Source: Macrostomum lignano (lineage: Eukaryota). From it: DNA of 64,000 bases. How positions within the stretch are numbered: position 1 is the stretch's first letter; each line of letters starts with the position of its first letter. Made by a program: the position numbers and the translations under genes. Of the stretch, positions 11,794 to 24,825 are shown piece by piece. The notes under the pieces are model-generated. The model did no database searches and was not told where the DNA came from. It worked only from the letters and a program-made list of their open reading frames with translations. Location: assembly GCA_002269645.1 (NCBI GenBank), contig NIVC01000467.1, positions 248,001 to 312,000 of the forward strand. Reading direction: 5' to 3'.

Positions 11794-14700
11794 CCCAGTG
11801 AAAAATGATTCATGGATTCCACGTGGGTTCCACGTGGCCATGTGGAATTTAAATGTTTCTTTATTTTTTGCAAATTATTAACTTAAAGATGACATAATGG
11901 TATGCAAAGTATTTTTTATGCATTATTTTTTTATTTTTACTGTCCTAATGTTGATGTGGATTTTACAAGGAATTCATGAGAAATAAGCGTATATTGATTC
12001 AACATGGAATCCACTTCGATAAAAAACTGTGATACACCACATTCAGACATTTTTAGGAAATTACTATAATTAATTATTACATTCATATGTTTTTAAGTTA
12101 AAATTAATATCTTAAAGCTAAATTATAATCGGCAAATAAGACACTGTTTGTTAAAATAGACAAAATAGAAGTGAACAATAAAAAACGCTTCGTGCTTTTT
12201 AAAATTAAATTTATTTTATTTTATATTCGTCAATGTTTTGGTTCAAGGCCTTGAAAGATAAATTGCCTTGTTTATGGCTATTTAAGCACCTTAAAAATTT
12301 TAGTAGACCTAGCCTATAGGCAATAACTTATCAGGCCATAGCCTCCATGAGATTAGAAATTAGATAAATCAGTATTTTATCATAGATAGGCCTAATACTT
12401 TTGGTAAAATCCATGATAAATTTATTTAGGCCTAGGCCTCCAATTTCTAGAAATCCCATGGCCATGTCCATAGATTGGCTACTCATTTTTTTAACTTAAA
12501 TAGACCTTTAGAAGTTCATAATTTCCTCTTAGTCCTACCTATTATTAGTCCTATCTATTTATATGTATGCTTATTAAGCGTATTTTAAGCTAGGCCTGCT
12601 ATAACTATCAATTTAGGTCCTTCTATTTTAATTAAGGTTAGGACTAGCTTGACTTTGTGAATTGTGACTAGTCAATCTAGTTAATATGTTAAAAATCAAT
12701 TAATTTATGATTTTCTTCAAAAAAGTCTGTTAGCATCTTTTGGACTTGTTGCATTTTTAAAAACAATATTATTAATTATAATAAATAATTCTTTGCAATT
12801 ACACTTGCAACTTGCTTTTGGCATAGCTAGCCTAGCAGATCCCTAAGGTTGCTATTAAAAATAAAGAATGATTATTGTAAATTTGATCTGATTTAGGCCA
12901 AGTCCAGAATTTAATTTTAAGCCATAAGGCATAGCTATTTAGGCTTAGGTTAGGCCTAATGTTTAATTATACTATTTTTTTTATTAGAGGCAGGGGGGTT
13001 GTGTGCACCCTGGCGCACTTTAAGCGACATAGGCATACAACTGGCAAGAGGCATTGCTGCCTATTCCGCCGACTCCCTAAGCAGGCACACAAGTGTGCGG
13101 ATATGTATGCAAGCACACTCATACAGGAATGTACAGCGGCCCTAGCTTTATTTATCGTTAGGCATGTATACTTCACTGTGCCTTGGGGGTTGGCTCTCAA
13201 GGCCATTAATTGCATGAGCAGAGAGCCAAGCTGAGATTCCAATTCAGCCCCAAATTAATATGACTGTACTTGGATTCGAGCTTGGGTCGCTGGCACACCA
13301 GAGCAGCTGTGCTACTACTTGGCTACGGCCCCCCTTTTAATCATACTAGGCCAGCAAATATGAAAAACATGCATTGCTTTGCCTAAATACTTTATAGTCT
13401 AAAATCAATTTTAAAATAAAAAATTAAATTTATAGAAACATATATTAATTATTTTTATACTTATTATTTTAATTTTATTAATTTTATTTTATTGATTGAC
13501 TTAGGTAGGGTTTTCTTTTTTGCTAGAGACAAGGTGCAAAATCATACCCTATGCTCACTTTTAGGGTTTTATGATTTTAAGGCTTAGAATGTAGTTTCTT
13601 TTTTTTCTTATATAAAGGCAATGCAAATAAGGCTTCAACATAAAAATAGGTAATGAGATCGCACCTAAACTGTATCAACTTTTTAATTTCAGTTTTCAAG
13701 GTACAATTTTAAGATTTAGGGTGCACTTGACTTACTTGACTTAGCTGCAGGGGGCTCTGTGCATCTGGAAACAGCGAGGAGGCATTGCTGCCCATTTTGC
13801 TAACCCCTGGCGAAGGCATATGCACACTTTGCGCTAAAAAAATAAACCTAAGACTTAGGCCTAGTTAATTTTAAAATAAACTTTATTAAGTATTCATCCT
13901 TAAATTAGTTTTATGAATTATATCAATATTATCTATCAATCTTAATTGGCAACAATTATTTTTCTATTTCATTTCAGCCTAACATTACATGGCCCATCCT
14001 TAAACTTGGATGTCACCTTGGTCTTGCCTTTGAAGAAGCATGCAAAGCTACTTGGAATTGGAATTTAATATCTCGAATGCTACCTTTTGTGAAGTAATGG
14101 TAAGTTTTAGTTATAAACTGATTTTTTTCTGTCATCAAAATCTGTTATAAGATCAAAATCTATAAAAATCTATTACAAAATCTGTTATCAATCTGTTATA
14201 AAATTCTGTAATTTAACCCCTTTCTTTTCTAAGGTTGCTCACCTGACCTGAAGAAGCAGCATTCTGGCAATTGGCAGCAGCATGTTTCTGACTGTTCTAA
14301 TTCTGGTGCATTATATTATTGTTAATTAATTAATGCTATTGACAATGTCAATTTCAAATTATATATTATATCATATGCGCAGCGCAACTTTAAAGATATC
14401 AATATCTACATCAGTGTGTTTATTCTTTGTGTGCTAGTGACTCACTACTGTACATAAATACACCTTACTTATTGATACATCCTTTTTGAATATATTTTTG
14501 TGCAGAAATATTTTTGGCTATAGCTAATGTTTTATCTGTGTTTCAGTTTCTTTTATATGGTATTGAGATCTGGGGTTTGTATGAAATTTTGAGATCTGGT
14601 ATTATTTTGAGATTTAGGATGCAACAATTTATTATGGCAACCAGTATAATGGCTGCTTATTCAATGACAATGTGGATTCTATGTGAAATACATAATTACT

Positions 14701-14821
14701 TCCATGTGGATCTTCCATGTGGAATCCATATCTTGATTCCACATGGATGGACGGAGACAAATGCACATATGGATTTCATATGATAAATCCACATGGAATC
14801 CATATCATTTTTTTCACTGGG
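11794..14821. mobile_element. Possible non-autonomous DNA transposon with CCCAG termini and TA flanks (EnSpm/CACTA-like?)
   Basis: Left end CCCAGTGAAAAATGATTCATGGATTCCACGTGG; right end reverse complement CCCAGTGAAAAAAATGATATGGATTCCATGTGG; TA at 11792-11793 and 14822-14823; clustered TTCCACATGGAA-type subterminal motifs; AT-rich interior without ORF. Confidence 0.5.
12975..13332 (-). mobile_element. tRNA-derived SINE, copy 1
   Basis: Minus-strand head GGGGCCGTAGCCAAGTAGTAGC...CCCAAGCTCGAATCC (A/B-box-like), A-rich tail; homologous to 27832-28191. Confidence 0.7.
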
Positions 14822-16689
14822 TAGTTGAGTGATTTTGGGGCACACTCCAAATTTGGAGGTGCCCACCAGAGAAAGAAACAGAGGCAGGCCAGACAAAGCT
14901 GTCTGGGCACTGCAAAACGGGAGCACGAGACAAAAGGGGCAAACGAGGACAAACCGACAGACAGACAACCGGGCAAGGGACAGGCCAGGGGACAGGCGAG
15001 AAGGGACAGGCAACTGCCCAGCGGCAGACAGAAGCCTGGGGCGAGGGCGAGGGAAACAGCTGACTAGTGCGGCGCCTAACTAAACTATAGCGACTCACTA
15101 TACAACATGTACTGTATGAATCTAGCGGTTGTTTTGGTTTGGGGTTAAACGGTTTTCTGCGATCACGTACAACTGCAGTAGAAATACATTACATGATGTA
15201 CATCTATGATCTATTTAACTATTTTCTTAGAAATGAGCTGGAGAAAGGTAAAGGAACGTATATTTTTTGCAATAATCGCCAGTGTATTCACAGTAGCTTG
15301 CTCTCGAGAAATCGGATTTTTCCAGCACAGATTATATTTGATCCCTACCGATTAGCAGTCTATACAAAACTCCCTTCAGCGCTATGCTTTCTATAGAGCA
15401 TGCTTATTTCACTAGCGATTTGCCAAATATATGCTCCATTCTACTTCCAGCCTCCAGCTCTTTTATCAGAAAATCTAGTGTATAATAGTAGAGGGTTATT
15501 CTATTCAGTTGTCAGCTTCTTTAATTAATAATAATAACCGCAAAACATCGATTATTAATTTCCGTTTCAATTCATATTATTCCCGAATACGCTCCGTTTA
15601 ACGATGATCAACAATAGCGATGGTTGTGTTTTATTTTAATGGTTTTATTACTAGCGATTCGGCTTGATTTTATCTTATGCTTTTATCGACTATAACTAAA
15701 TCACAGCATCTAAGTACAAAAAAGCCGAAGAAGATTGAAAAATACATTTAATAAGGTTTTTAGTGCGTTATATTTTTAGTCTACAGATTAAGCTAGTTTT
15801 TTTTACAGATATTTATATTTTACTAGGTTTAACTTTTTAATAAAATTAAACGGTGTCATATTTTTAAAGTAACCTTAAAATTATACATATATTGATAAAG
15901 AAGTAGTCATGACAGCGTCGTTTGTTAGCAGTAGCGAATAGCATCCGAAAGTTCCCTAATCACTGTTCCATCTTAAATTTAAAATTAGGTTGCAAAATCG
16001 CACCCAAAAATCAGAAGAGTGGTAAATAAAATAAGTTGAAATAACAAAAAAAGCAGTTAACAACCTGTAAGTGTAATTTTTCTGTAGGGCCTAGGCCTAG
16101 CTAGGCCCCAAAATCACTCAACTAATTATGTTAGGCTTGGCCATAGCCAAAATTCATGAATGGGCTCATTAGGCTATCCTCGCTCATATAAACGCATAAT
16201 ATGCCCTAGTCACTATTAAGCCTTAAGCCTAGCGAATGCCTTTTTACAAAATTGGTCTAGAATCATCATAGCTTATAGGCCTGGTTAGAAAGTCAAGAAA
16301 GGTGGCGCAGGTGTGCTGGAATAAATTTTAGAGGGACAATCTTTGCCTCACCTCTGTGCCGTATGTGTGCCATATGTGCTAGTTGGGCAGCTTGGTATAT
16401 TAGAATGCACAAACCCAACTTGAATGGGTAATGGCTAGAGTTCTAGCACTGGAACCTGTTTTCTAATGGCTATGGATCTGGCAGTCTTCTGCAGGCAGTT
16501 TGAGTTATCTAATATATAATTAAGTCTTTGAACATTAGAAGTATCTTGTTTTGAATCTCATTTCATTTCAATCTTATATTGAACAAAATCCTAATATCAA
16601 CCACCCTTAAAAAAGTAAAGGCAAAAAAATAATAGGCCTATGTTTCTGCTATATTATACCTATAAATTGCATTACTAGAATACCTCTAT

Positions 16690-16702
16690 GTATCTATCTA
16701 TC

Positions 16703-16750
<48 letters not shown>
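16690..16750. repeat. (TATC)n microsatellite
   Basis: Direct reading. Confidence 0.95.
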
Positions 16751-17479
16751 ATTACTGGATCTATAGCCATTAAAAAATGGGTTCTGGTGCCAGAACTCTA
16801 GCCATTGCCACTTGAATATGCAGCTAGCTAGACTAGCAATGGGTGGATCATAAGCAATGAGCTTAGAGTATTATGTGCAGTGCCATAGGCTTAGGCCTAT
16901 CTATTTTCTTTCCTTGAAGTACTTTACCATGGCGGCATGGCCTATTCCATATATTGTGAGATAAGGCTAAGCTTTGATGAGCAAGGCAAGCTACTTGATA
17001 ATGACATCAAGCTTAGGTATGCAACTGGAGTTCTCTTTGTCTTCAAAGGATTCATCACCTAGTTTATAGGGCACCATTTTACTATTAGCATACATGGCCA
17101 AATTTAGAATATTGCTTGGCTAATATGAATTAATTTTTACAAAAATTGTAGCTTTTGGGGTTGCAACAAAGATGGACCTTTTTGGAGGTTATATAAATGA
17201 TCTTTTTGAGGTCCCATTAATAACAGCTTTTTGTTATCTTCTTTTAATGCAAATATACTCCTTACTTTTCTTCATTATTTTCCATTTTTCTATATCTTAT
17301 ACTTTAATGATTTTGCTTTTGAATATATGATAAGCTCTTTTTACTAGTTGCCTCTTGTTGCAACTCAATTGCCTTTAGTTTCAATTCAATTGTCTCTAGC
17401 TAACTTAATTGCCTCTGGCTATAACTTAGTTGTCCTTGGTTGCAACAGGGTTTTTCCTTTTGTTTCCCTTCATTTTGTT

Positions 17480-17777
17480 CATACATGCGCAACCTCCAAA
17501 ATTCGGTCGGCCGTGCGACTTAGTTTTAACAAAAATGCGACATAGTTTTTGGCCAGAAATGCGACTTACATGTAAAAAAACCCTAAAGCAAAATTAACGC
17601 AACTTTGGGTAAACGGCAGGAGTAACTATGACTGTCTTATTAACCCAAAATGCCTCGTCAGCTACTTAGTACTACTACTTAGGTATTTTTTCGGGTGGGC
17701 ATTTTTGCGACTTCCTTGGTTGGTCACCAAATCAGTCGGCCGGATCGGCCGACTCGGCCGACTGTTGCGCATGTATG
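17480..17777. mobile_element. 298-bp MITE with 14-bp TIR and 8-bp TSD (hAT- or P-like)
   Basis: CATACATGCGCAAC at 17480-17493 and its exact reverse complement at 17764-17777; ATTTTGTT directly outside both ends (17472-17479, 17778-17785). Confidence 0.85.
17607..17670 (+). pseudogene. 64-nt 28S (LSU) rRNA-derived fragment, R2/I-PpoI target region
   Basis: GGGTAAACGGCAGGAGTAACTATGACTGTCTTA-TTAACCCA-AAATGCCTCGTCAGCTACTTAGT versus recalled conserved 28S GGGTAAACGGCGGGAGTAACTATGACTCTCTTA-AGGTAGCC-AAATGCCTCGTCATCTAATTAGT. Confidence 0.85.
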
Positions 17778-18403
17778 ATTTTGTTCATTCTTTGCCTCTC
17801 TTTTCCCTGTGTTTTTTTCTTGCTTCCCCTCTTTTTGTCAATTTTTTGGGTTGGCATTTTTGCAAATTATCTTGGCCAGACCTCTCACTACCTTCCACCT
17901 AGTTGAATCAGCAGGGTCAGCCAGTTGTTGGGCATGTATGACTATTAGTCCTTGACCATTCTCATGGCAAGTTAACATATAGGTCTAATAAAAAAAGAAT
18001 AGTGACTTACATATACCATTTTGCCAATAGAAAAAGCCACATAAATCCTTAAGTTCTATTTCATTTTATGTTTTTAGTTGCAGTTTTTATTATTTTTTGG
18101 ATGCACTATAAATATGGTTCACTATATCAATGATTTGTAAAATAATTCAGATGTAGGCCACATGCAGCCTACAAAGCCTCTCTACCTGGCCCTTGGGTCC
18201 TTTAAAACTTTACTATGACAATCTGGCCCACCTAAGGTTTGTGTCTTTTCAGCTTTCTTAACTTTTCTCTCATCTATCTGGCCATTGAAGTAAAAAAGTT
18301 TTCCAATCCCTTGCAATAAATATTCTTTCTTTGCTACTAATCAGTAGGCTATATCTCTGACAGTTTTTAAATATAAAATTTGATACTTTGGTTTTCCAGT
18401 CAC

Positions 18404-21400
18404 ATGGAACCTCGTTCAAATCAGCAGCATCATCATCGGGATCGGACAAGCCATCCGCCGGCTCTCGCACCGCGTCCTACTAGTGCTAGTCATCAGCAGC
18501 ATCATGCGCCTGTCACTGCCAACTGTCCATTGCCTCCTGCTCTGACACCAATTCAGCCTGCTCAGGCTGCCGCTCTGCAGCTTCATCAGCATCTGCAGCA
18601 GCAACAGCGATCTCAGCTACCCTATGCAGTGTCTATGTCGCCCTACGCCTTACCTAATATGGCCGCAGCGGCTGCGGCTGCCGCTGCTGCCGCTTCACCG
18701 TTGCCGCCTCTGCTTCCGCGACCGACGCCTCTGCAGCAGCAGCTGCAGCCGCCGCTCTCTTCTCCACACCATCATCACCATCATCGTCAGCATACCTCAC
18801 AGCAGCAGCAGCAGCAGCAGCAGCAGGCTCAGCAGCACTTTGCAGCTGTGGCGTCAATTTGGTCAACGCCGCCCGCGCTTAGACCGGCGCCTTACGTAGC
18901 GCCACCAAGGCTTTTATCAGCTCCGGCGCCTCCTCCTCCACCTCCACCTCCACCGCCGCCGCCGAAGCAGCTTCATCATTCGCATCATCAGCTGATAGCC
19001 GCTAAGCCAGCAGTGCAGCCAGTAAGCAGGCAAACAGCTATTGCTCACCAGCAATCAACTCCCGCTTTTATACAACCGGCTCACGTTACTAAAACAGTCT
19101 ATTCAGATGTTATCTCATTGTCGTCCAATTCTAATAACGTTGTTTACGATCTTTCTAAGAAATCGTCGGCTTCGTCTTGTTCGAGTTCCTCTAATAAGCA
19201 GCAACAGTCTAATCGTCTGCCAATATCGCCGAGAGTGACAACTGTGGCCGCTCCACTTCCTGTTTGCCGAGTGCCACCACTCCAGCAGCCGCAGCAGCAG
19301 TCTGGCTTTGGTATTCAGCAAACGTCGCTTCCTCCAGAAGTTACAGCCGTCTCCATTGCCCAGATGCCACTTGCTGTAAGCGTATCTTCGCCTGGTATCA
19401 TATCAGTTTTTCAAGCTAGGCCAGCGTCTACAGTGGCCTCTACAACTGCTGTTACAAAGGTCTCGGTAGCCAGCATTACTGATACTAATAGTAGTGCTCG
19501 GTTTAGCGCATTTAGACCAATTGCACCGTTTAGGCAGCAACAAAAACAGCCTCTGCCAAAGCCTGTGGTTGTAGAAATGAGCGAATTGTCTTCTAAAAGA
19601 GGCGTACAACAACTGCAGCAGCAAAGAGCTTCAGCATCTGATAAGAAGCCATCAAATTCGTGCGCTACTCAAGCTCAAGCTCAATTAGATTTATCAGAAA
19701 TGGCCTCAAAGCTTATACAGAAGACTAGGCCAAAGACTCCGCAACAGCAACAGCGTTTGGCTCCTCCTTCTCCATCTGCGCAGTCGAATTGTCGTCCAAC
19801 TGTCATTGTTAATGGCACTTTGCCTGGTACGCCTGTGACACAGCAGCAGTCAAAGAATGAGCCGCCGCCGCCGCCCCAGCCGCAGCCTCGACCGCCGTCG
19901 CCAACTCCTATAGACTTTGACAAGGAGATTAAATCTCTAGATCCACACGCTCAATTAAATTCGCGTCTGTGCCATTCACCAGCTAGCGTTGGTGAAGATT
20001 TAATCTGGCAAGACGATTGCGGCTATTTACCTGGCACCGGGTTGCGTTTCCGTAAGACTAACGGCATTTTAGAGTTATTAGAAGACGATTTCACTGACGA
20101 GGAAGCCGATTTGCGTAGTAGGCACACTAGCGCCGATAGAGACTCGAGCGGTTCCACTGTTCCCATGGTAACTGACGATCGGCATGTGTCATTGGCAAAT
20201 TTAGGCCAGCAGAATGGTGGAAGCGGTGAGCAGCGATTCGTCTGTCGTAGCTGCGGCTCTGAAGGCCAAATTCGCGGCTCATTAGACGGAGCAGGCGAAT
20301 ATTGCACAGAATCGTGCTCAAAGTTGCCGCCTATTACCACTGCGTTTATTAATGTGTGTCGGAAACGGAAACGCAGCGAGGATAGCAGCGCCAATGATCT
20401 GCAACAGCAGCAACAGCAGCAGAAGCAGAAACGATTCCAAATCTGTCAAGTTGACGTTGAACAGGCAGGCAAATACCACGCCCCAAATGGCGTGTTCCTG
20501 TGGAAAAAGTATCTGAAAGACACAACTAGCCAAGCGGCACCGGAGCGCTTCTTTTCGACTCATTCGCATCTGATTAGGAATCGTATGTCGGAGTTCGAAC
20601 TCGGCATGGTGCTGGAAGGCGTCGATCCGTGTCACGAGTCGTTGATTTGTTGTTTAAGTATTAGCGAAATTCAGGGCTGCAGGCTGCGGTTGCATTTTGA
20701 AGGCTACACAGAGTTGCACGACTTTTGGTGCAGTGCGGATTCGCCCTTCCTGTTTCCGGTTGGCTGGGCTAAGCACAATGGATTCCCGTTGCAGCCGCCT
20801 AAAGGCTACGAGGCTGGCAGTTTCAATTGGTTCGATTATATCATGACTAATAAGCTGCGAGCAGTTCCAAGGTTCGTTTTGTATATGCATACACAATAGT
20901 AATATAAAATAGTGTATCACAGTGTAATATACTATACACAGGAGGGCTGCTGGCACCCTGGCGCAACGCTCCCGACGACATCGTTTCACAGTCAGAATCC
21001 TAGCACCAAAACAACGGGGATCCCGAATACTGAAATCCCAGGATCCCAAATTCTGAAATATCCAAGGATCCAAAACCTCGAAACCATAGGATTCTTAATC
21101 CCAAAATCCAAAATCCCGAAATCCGGGGATCCCAATTTCCGAAGCCACAGGATCCCAAAATCCCGAAACCACGAGATCCCAAATCCCGAAATCCAGGGAT
21201 CCCAATTCCTGAAACCACGGGATCCTAAATCCCGAAATCCAGGGATCCCAATTCCTGAAACCACGGGATCCCAAATCCCGAAATCCAGGGATCCCAATTC
21301 CTGAAACCACGGGATCCTAAATCCCGAAATCCAGGGATCCCAATTCCTGAAACCACGGGATCCCAAATCCCGAAATCCAGGGATCCCAATTCCTGAAACC

Positions 21401-24400
21401 ACGGGATCCTAAATCCCGAAATCCAGAAATCCGAAATCCTGAAACCACGGGATCCCTAATCCCAAAATTCAAAATCCCTAAACCACGAGATCCCAAATCC
21501 CGAAATTCGGAGATTCCAATTCCCTAAACCACGGGATCCCTCATCCCGAAATCCAGGGATCCGAAATCCCGAAACCACGGGATCCCAAGATCCCGAATCC
21601 CAAAATCCCAATTGCCGAAATTCCAAATCCTGAAATCCCTGGATCCCAATCTCGAAATCCCGGGATCTTAAATCTCAGAATTCGAAATCCCGAAATCCTG
21701 GGATCCCAAATCTTGAAATTCCGGGATCCTTGCAAAAACTTAGGATCCAAATCGATAGTACAATAGATTTGTGAAAGAGATTCGTATGTCAAAAAAAGTC
21801 AAATCGAGTCTGGAAAATTTTAGACAGATTATAAAATTCTGCTTATTAAACTCTATACAATCATTTAAGGTGCAATTTTAGCATGAGTTTCTGAACAGGA
21901 TATGTTCGAATGTACGATATGATTTATTACATGCCTGCAATTCAACAGGTGCCTATTCTCTGTGCCCTGGGATCTCCCGCTGCCCGATCACGGTTTCTCT
22001 GAAGGCCAAAAACTCGAAGCCGTGGATCCGCGCAATCCCGATCACATCTGCGTAGCAACCGTTGCTATAGTAATGGCCAATCGGATATGCATCCATTTCG
22101 ACGGTTGGGATAACACGTACGACTTTTGGACTAAAGTTGATTCGCCAACTATACACCCTGTGGGCTGGTGCGAGCAGCACGACAGAGCTCTGTCACTGCC
22201 CGAGGAGTGGTGCCGGCAGGTGAGTGCGGCTCGCGTCTCAATGCATGCCATTTATATGAATTGGGAAGCGCTAATCCTCAATAGGAGTCGCTAATCCTCA
22301 ATAGGAGTCGCTAATCCTCAATAGGAGTTGCTAATCCTCAATAGGAGTCGCTAATCCTCAATAGGAGTCGCTAATCCTCAATAGGAGTCGTTAATCCTCA
22401 ATAGGAGTCGTTAATCCTCAATAGGAGTCGTTAATCCTCAATAGGAGTCGCTAATCCTCAATAGGAGTCGCTAATCCTCAATAGGAATCGCTAGTTCCAA
22501 ATAGGAATCGCTAATCCTCAATAGGAGTCGTTAATCCTCAATAGGAGTCGGTAATCCTCAATAGGAGTCGGTAATCCTCATTATAGGAATCGCTAATCCT
22601 CAATAGGAGTCGTTAATCCTCAATAGGAGTCGGTAATCCTCATTATAGGAATCGCTAATCCTCAATAGGAGTCGTTAATCCTCAATAGGAGTCGCTAATC
22701 CTCAATAGGAGTCACTAATCCTCAATAGGAGTCGTTAATCCTCAATAGGAGTCGCTAATCCTCAATAGGAGTCGTTAATCCTCAATAGGAGTCGTTAATC
22801 CTCAATAGGAGTCGCTAATCCTCATTAGGAATCGCTAGTTCCAAATGGGAATCGCTAGTTCCAAATGGGAATCGCTAATCCTCATTGGGAATCGCTAATC
22901 CTCATTAGAAATCGCTAATCCTCATTAGGAATCGCTAATCCTCATTAGGAATCGCTAATCCCCAATGGGAATTGCTAATTCTCATTGGAAATCGCTAATC
23001 CTCATTAGAAATCGCTAATCCTCATTAGGAATCGCTAATTCCCACTTTGAATCGCTAATCCTCATTATTAGGAATCGCTAATCCTTATTGGAAATCGCTA
23101 ATCCTCATTAAGTATCGCTAATCCTTATTGGAAATCGCTAATCCTCATTAGGTATCGCTAATCCTCATTAGGAATCGCTAATTCCCACTTTGAATCGCTA
23201 ATCCTCATTATTAGGAATCGCTAATCCTTATTGGAAATCGCTAATCCTCATTAGGTATCGCTAATCCTCATTATTAGGAATCACTAATTCCCATTTTGAA
23301 TCGCTAATCCTCATTATTAGGAATCGCTAATTCCCATTTTGAATCGGTAATCCTCATTTCGAATCGCTAATCCCCAGCGAGAATCGCTAATCCTCACTAA
23401 GAATGGTGCCCAATTCTTCATGTCATATCTAATTTAACAACTGACAAAAATGCTAATCCCCAGGTATTCACCTGGGATCGCTACCTGGAGAGCACCTGTT
23501 CGGAACCGGTGATGCCGGCCGCATTCCGGCCTCGCCAACCGATCCCATTCGATCTGGGCATGAAGCTGGAATTCGTTGATCCTCGCAACACTCGCCTAGT
23601 CCGCATTGGCACCGTAGTTGATCCCAATCCTTATCCGGGATTTCTACAAATCCTACCAGACGGCTGGGGCGAGAAATTCGCTTTCATCACGCTGGACAGC
23701 TCGATGGAGCTGCTGCCAGTTGGCTATTGTCATCGAACCGGCCATCCCTTGGAGCCGCTGCCTACCTGGCACGATAGCGAGAAGTTCACCTGTCCAACCG
23801 TTGGCTGCCGCGGCCTAGGCCACGTCAAAGGTCCGGGTTATAAAAGTCATTCAAGCATTAAAAGCTGCCCCTACGCTGAACGGAACTCGCATCGGGAATT
23901 GCCTGACAGATTAGAATTGGAGGCTGATGAAGCTGCCTCTGGTGGAGCTCAGCAGCCGAATGATCAGCAAGCTATTCGAGGATCTAAATTATCGAACAAA
24001 CGATCGTCCCAGGGCAACTCGGCATTTCCAAATCAGTCTAGTCGCCAAGCATCGCCTCATCATCAGCGTCCCGGCTCGCCTGGTTGTCCATTCTATCGGA
24101 GCGTATTTTCGCCTAGCATTTCTCAATACGATCCTTGCAAAGACACTGGGCCGTTGGTGTGGCCTGAGCACACTCAGCTCATACCTTCTCTAGCTAGTAT
24201 TGACGTGTCTGAAGTGCCCAGATGGTCCGTAGCCGAAACTAGCGACTTAGTACGTCAACTACCCGGCTGCGAACCTTTCGCCGACGCTTTCATTGTTGAA
24301 GAGATTGACGGCGATGCGTTTCTACACCTGCAACAGGTGGATCTGTTGAGCATACTCAAAATGCCATTGGGCCCGGCCATTAAATTGGCCCAAGCTATTG

Positions 24401-24432
24401 CCGCTATTAAAGAATGCTTAGAGCAAGCCTGA
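18404..24432 (+). CDS. l(3)mbt: Lethal(3)malignant brain tumor-like protein: low-complexity N-terminus, FCS-like Zn finger, 3 MBT repeats, C2HC Zn finger, SAM
   Basis: Exons 18404-20871, 21949-22219, 23464-24432 (phases 2 and 0). MBT motifs GMVLEGVDP, GQKLEAVDPRNP..HFDGWD..DFW..PVGWC, GMKLEFVDPRN; CPTVGCRGLGH..HSSIKSCP; SAM WSVAET..EEIDGDAFL..LGPAIKL. Confidence 0.92.
21010..21730. repeat. About 46-bp intronic minisatellite, degenerate at the edges
   Basis: ATCCCGAAATCCAGGGATCCCAATTCCTGAAACCACGGG-type units. Confidence 0.9.
22272..23460. repeat. 20-bp intronic minisatellite
   Basis: CGCTAATCCTCAATAGGAGT units degrading toward the acceptor. Confidence 0.95.
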
Positions 24433-24599
24433 TTTGCTAGTTTAAATAACTTTTTAGTTTGCGAACCTGTCAATTATTACATAACAGTGCTTATGTTCGT
24501 ATAAACTACTGATTAAGTCATGCAGGGGATTGCCCGCTCTTCAAGGCTGTCTCTTCTTAGTCTGAAAGAGTATGAACTCCCTTTTCTCTAATTTCAACT

Positions 24600-24825
24600 C
24601 TTTTTTTCTTCTCTCCTCTCCTCTCTCACTTCTCTCTCCCTCATCTCACCTCTCATCTCATCTTATCTCCTCTCCTCTCCTCTCCTCTCACTTCTCTCCC
24701 CTCTCATCTCATCTCATCTTATCTTCTCTCGCTTCTCTCTCATCTCATCTCCTCTCCTCTCCTTCCCTCTCACTTCTCTCTCCTCTCCTTTCATCTCATC
24801 TCCCCTCGTCTACTCTCTTCCCTCT
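24600..24825. repeat. Pyrimidine-rich low-complexity tract
   Basis: TCTCC/TCATC repeats. Confidence 0.85.

Noticed and set aside
15091-15102. CGACTCACTATA, a 12-nt match to the T7 promoter
   Set aside because: Lacks the upstream TAATA and the +1 G; no vector sequence nearby
17607-17670. Functional rRNA gene
   Set aside because: Only 64 nt, mutated, inside a MITE; kept as a fragment
18390-18404. Acceptor immediately before the ATG as evidence of SL trans-splicing (similar near 26088 and 6750)
   Set aside because: Cannot be told apart from ordinary 5' UTR introns without transcript data
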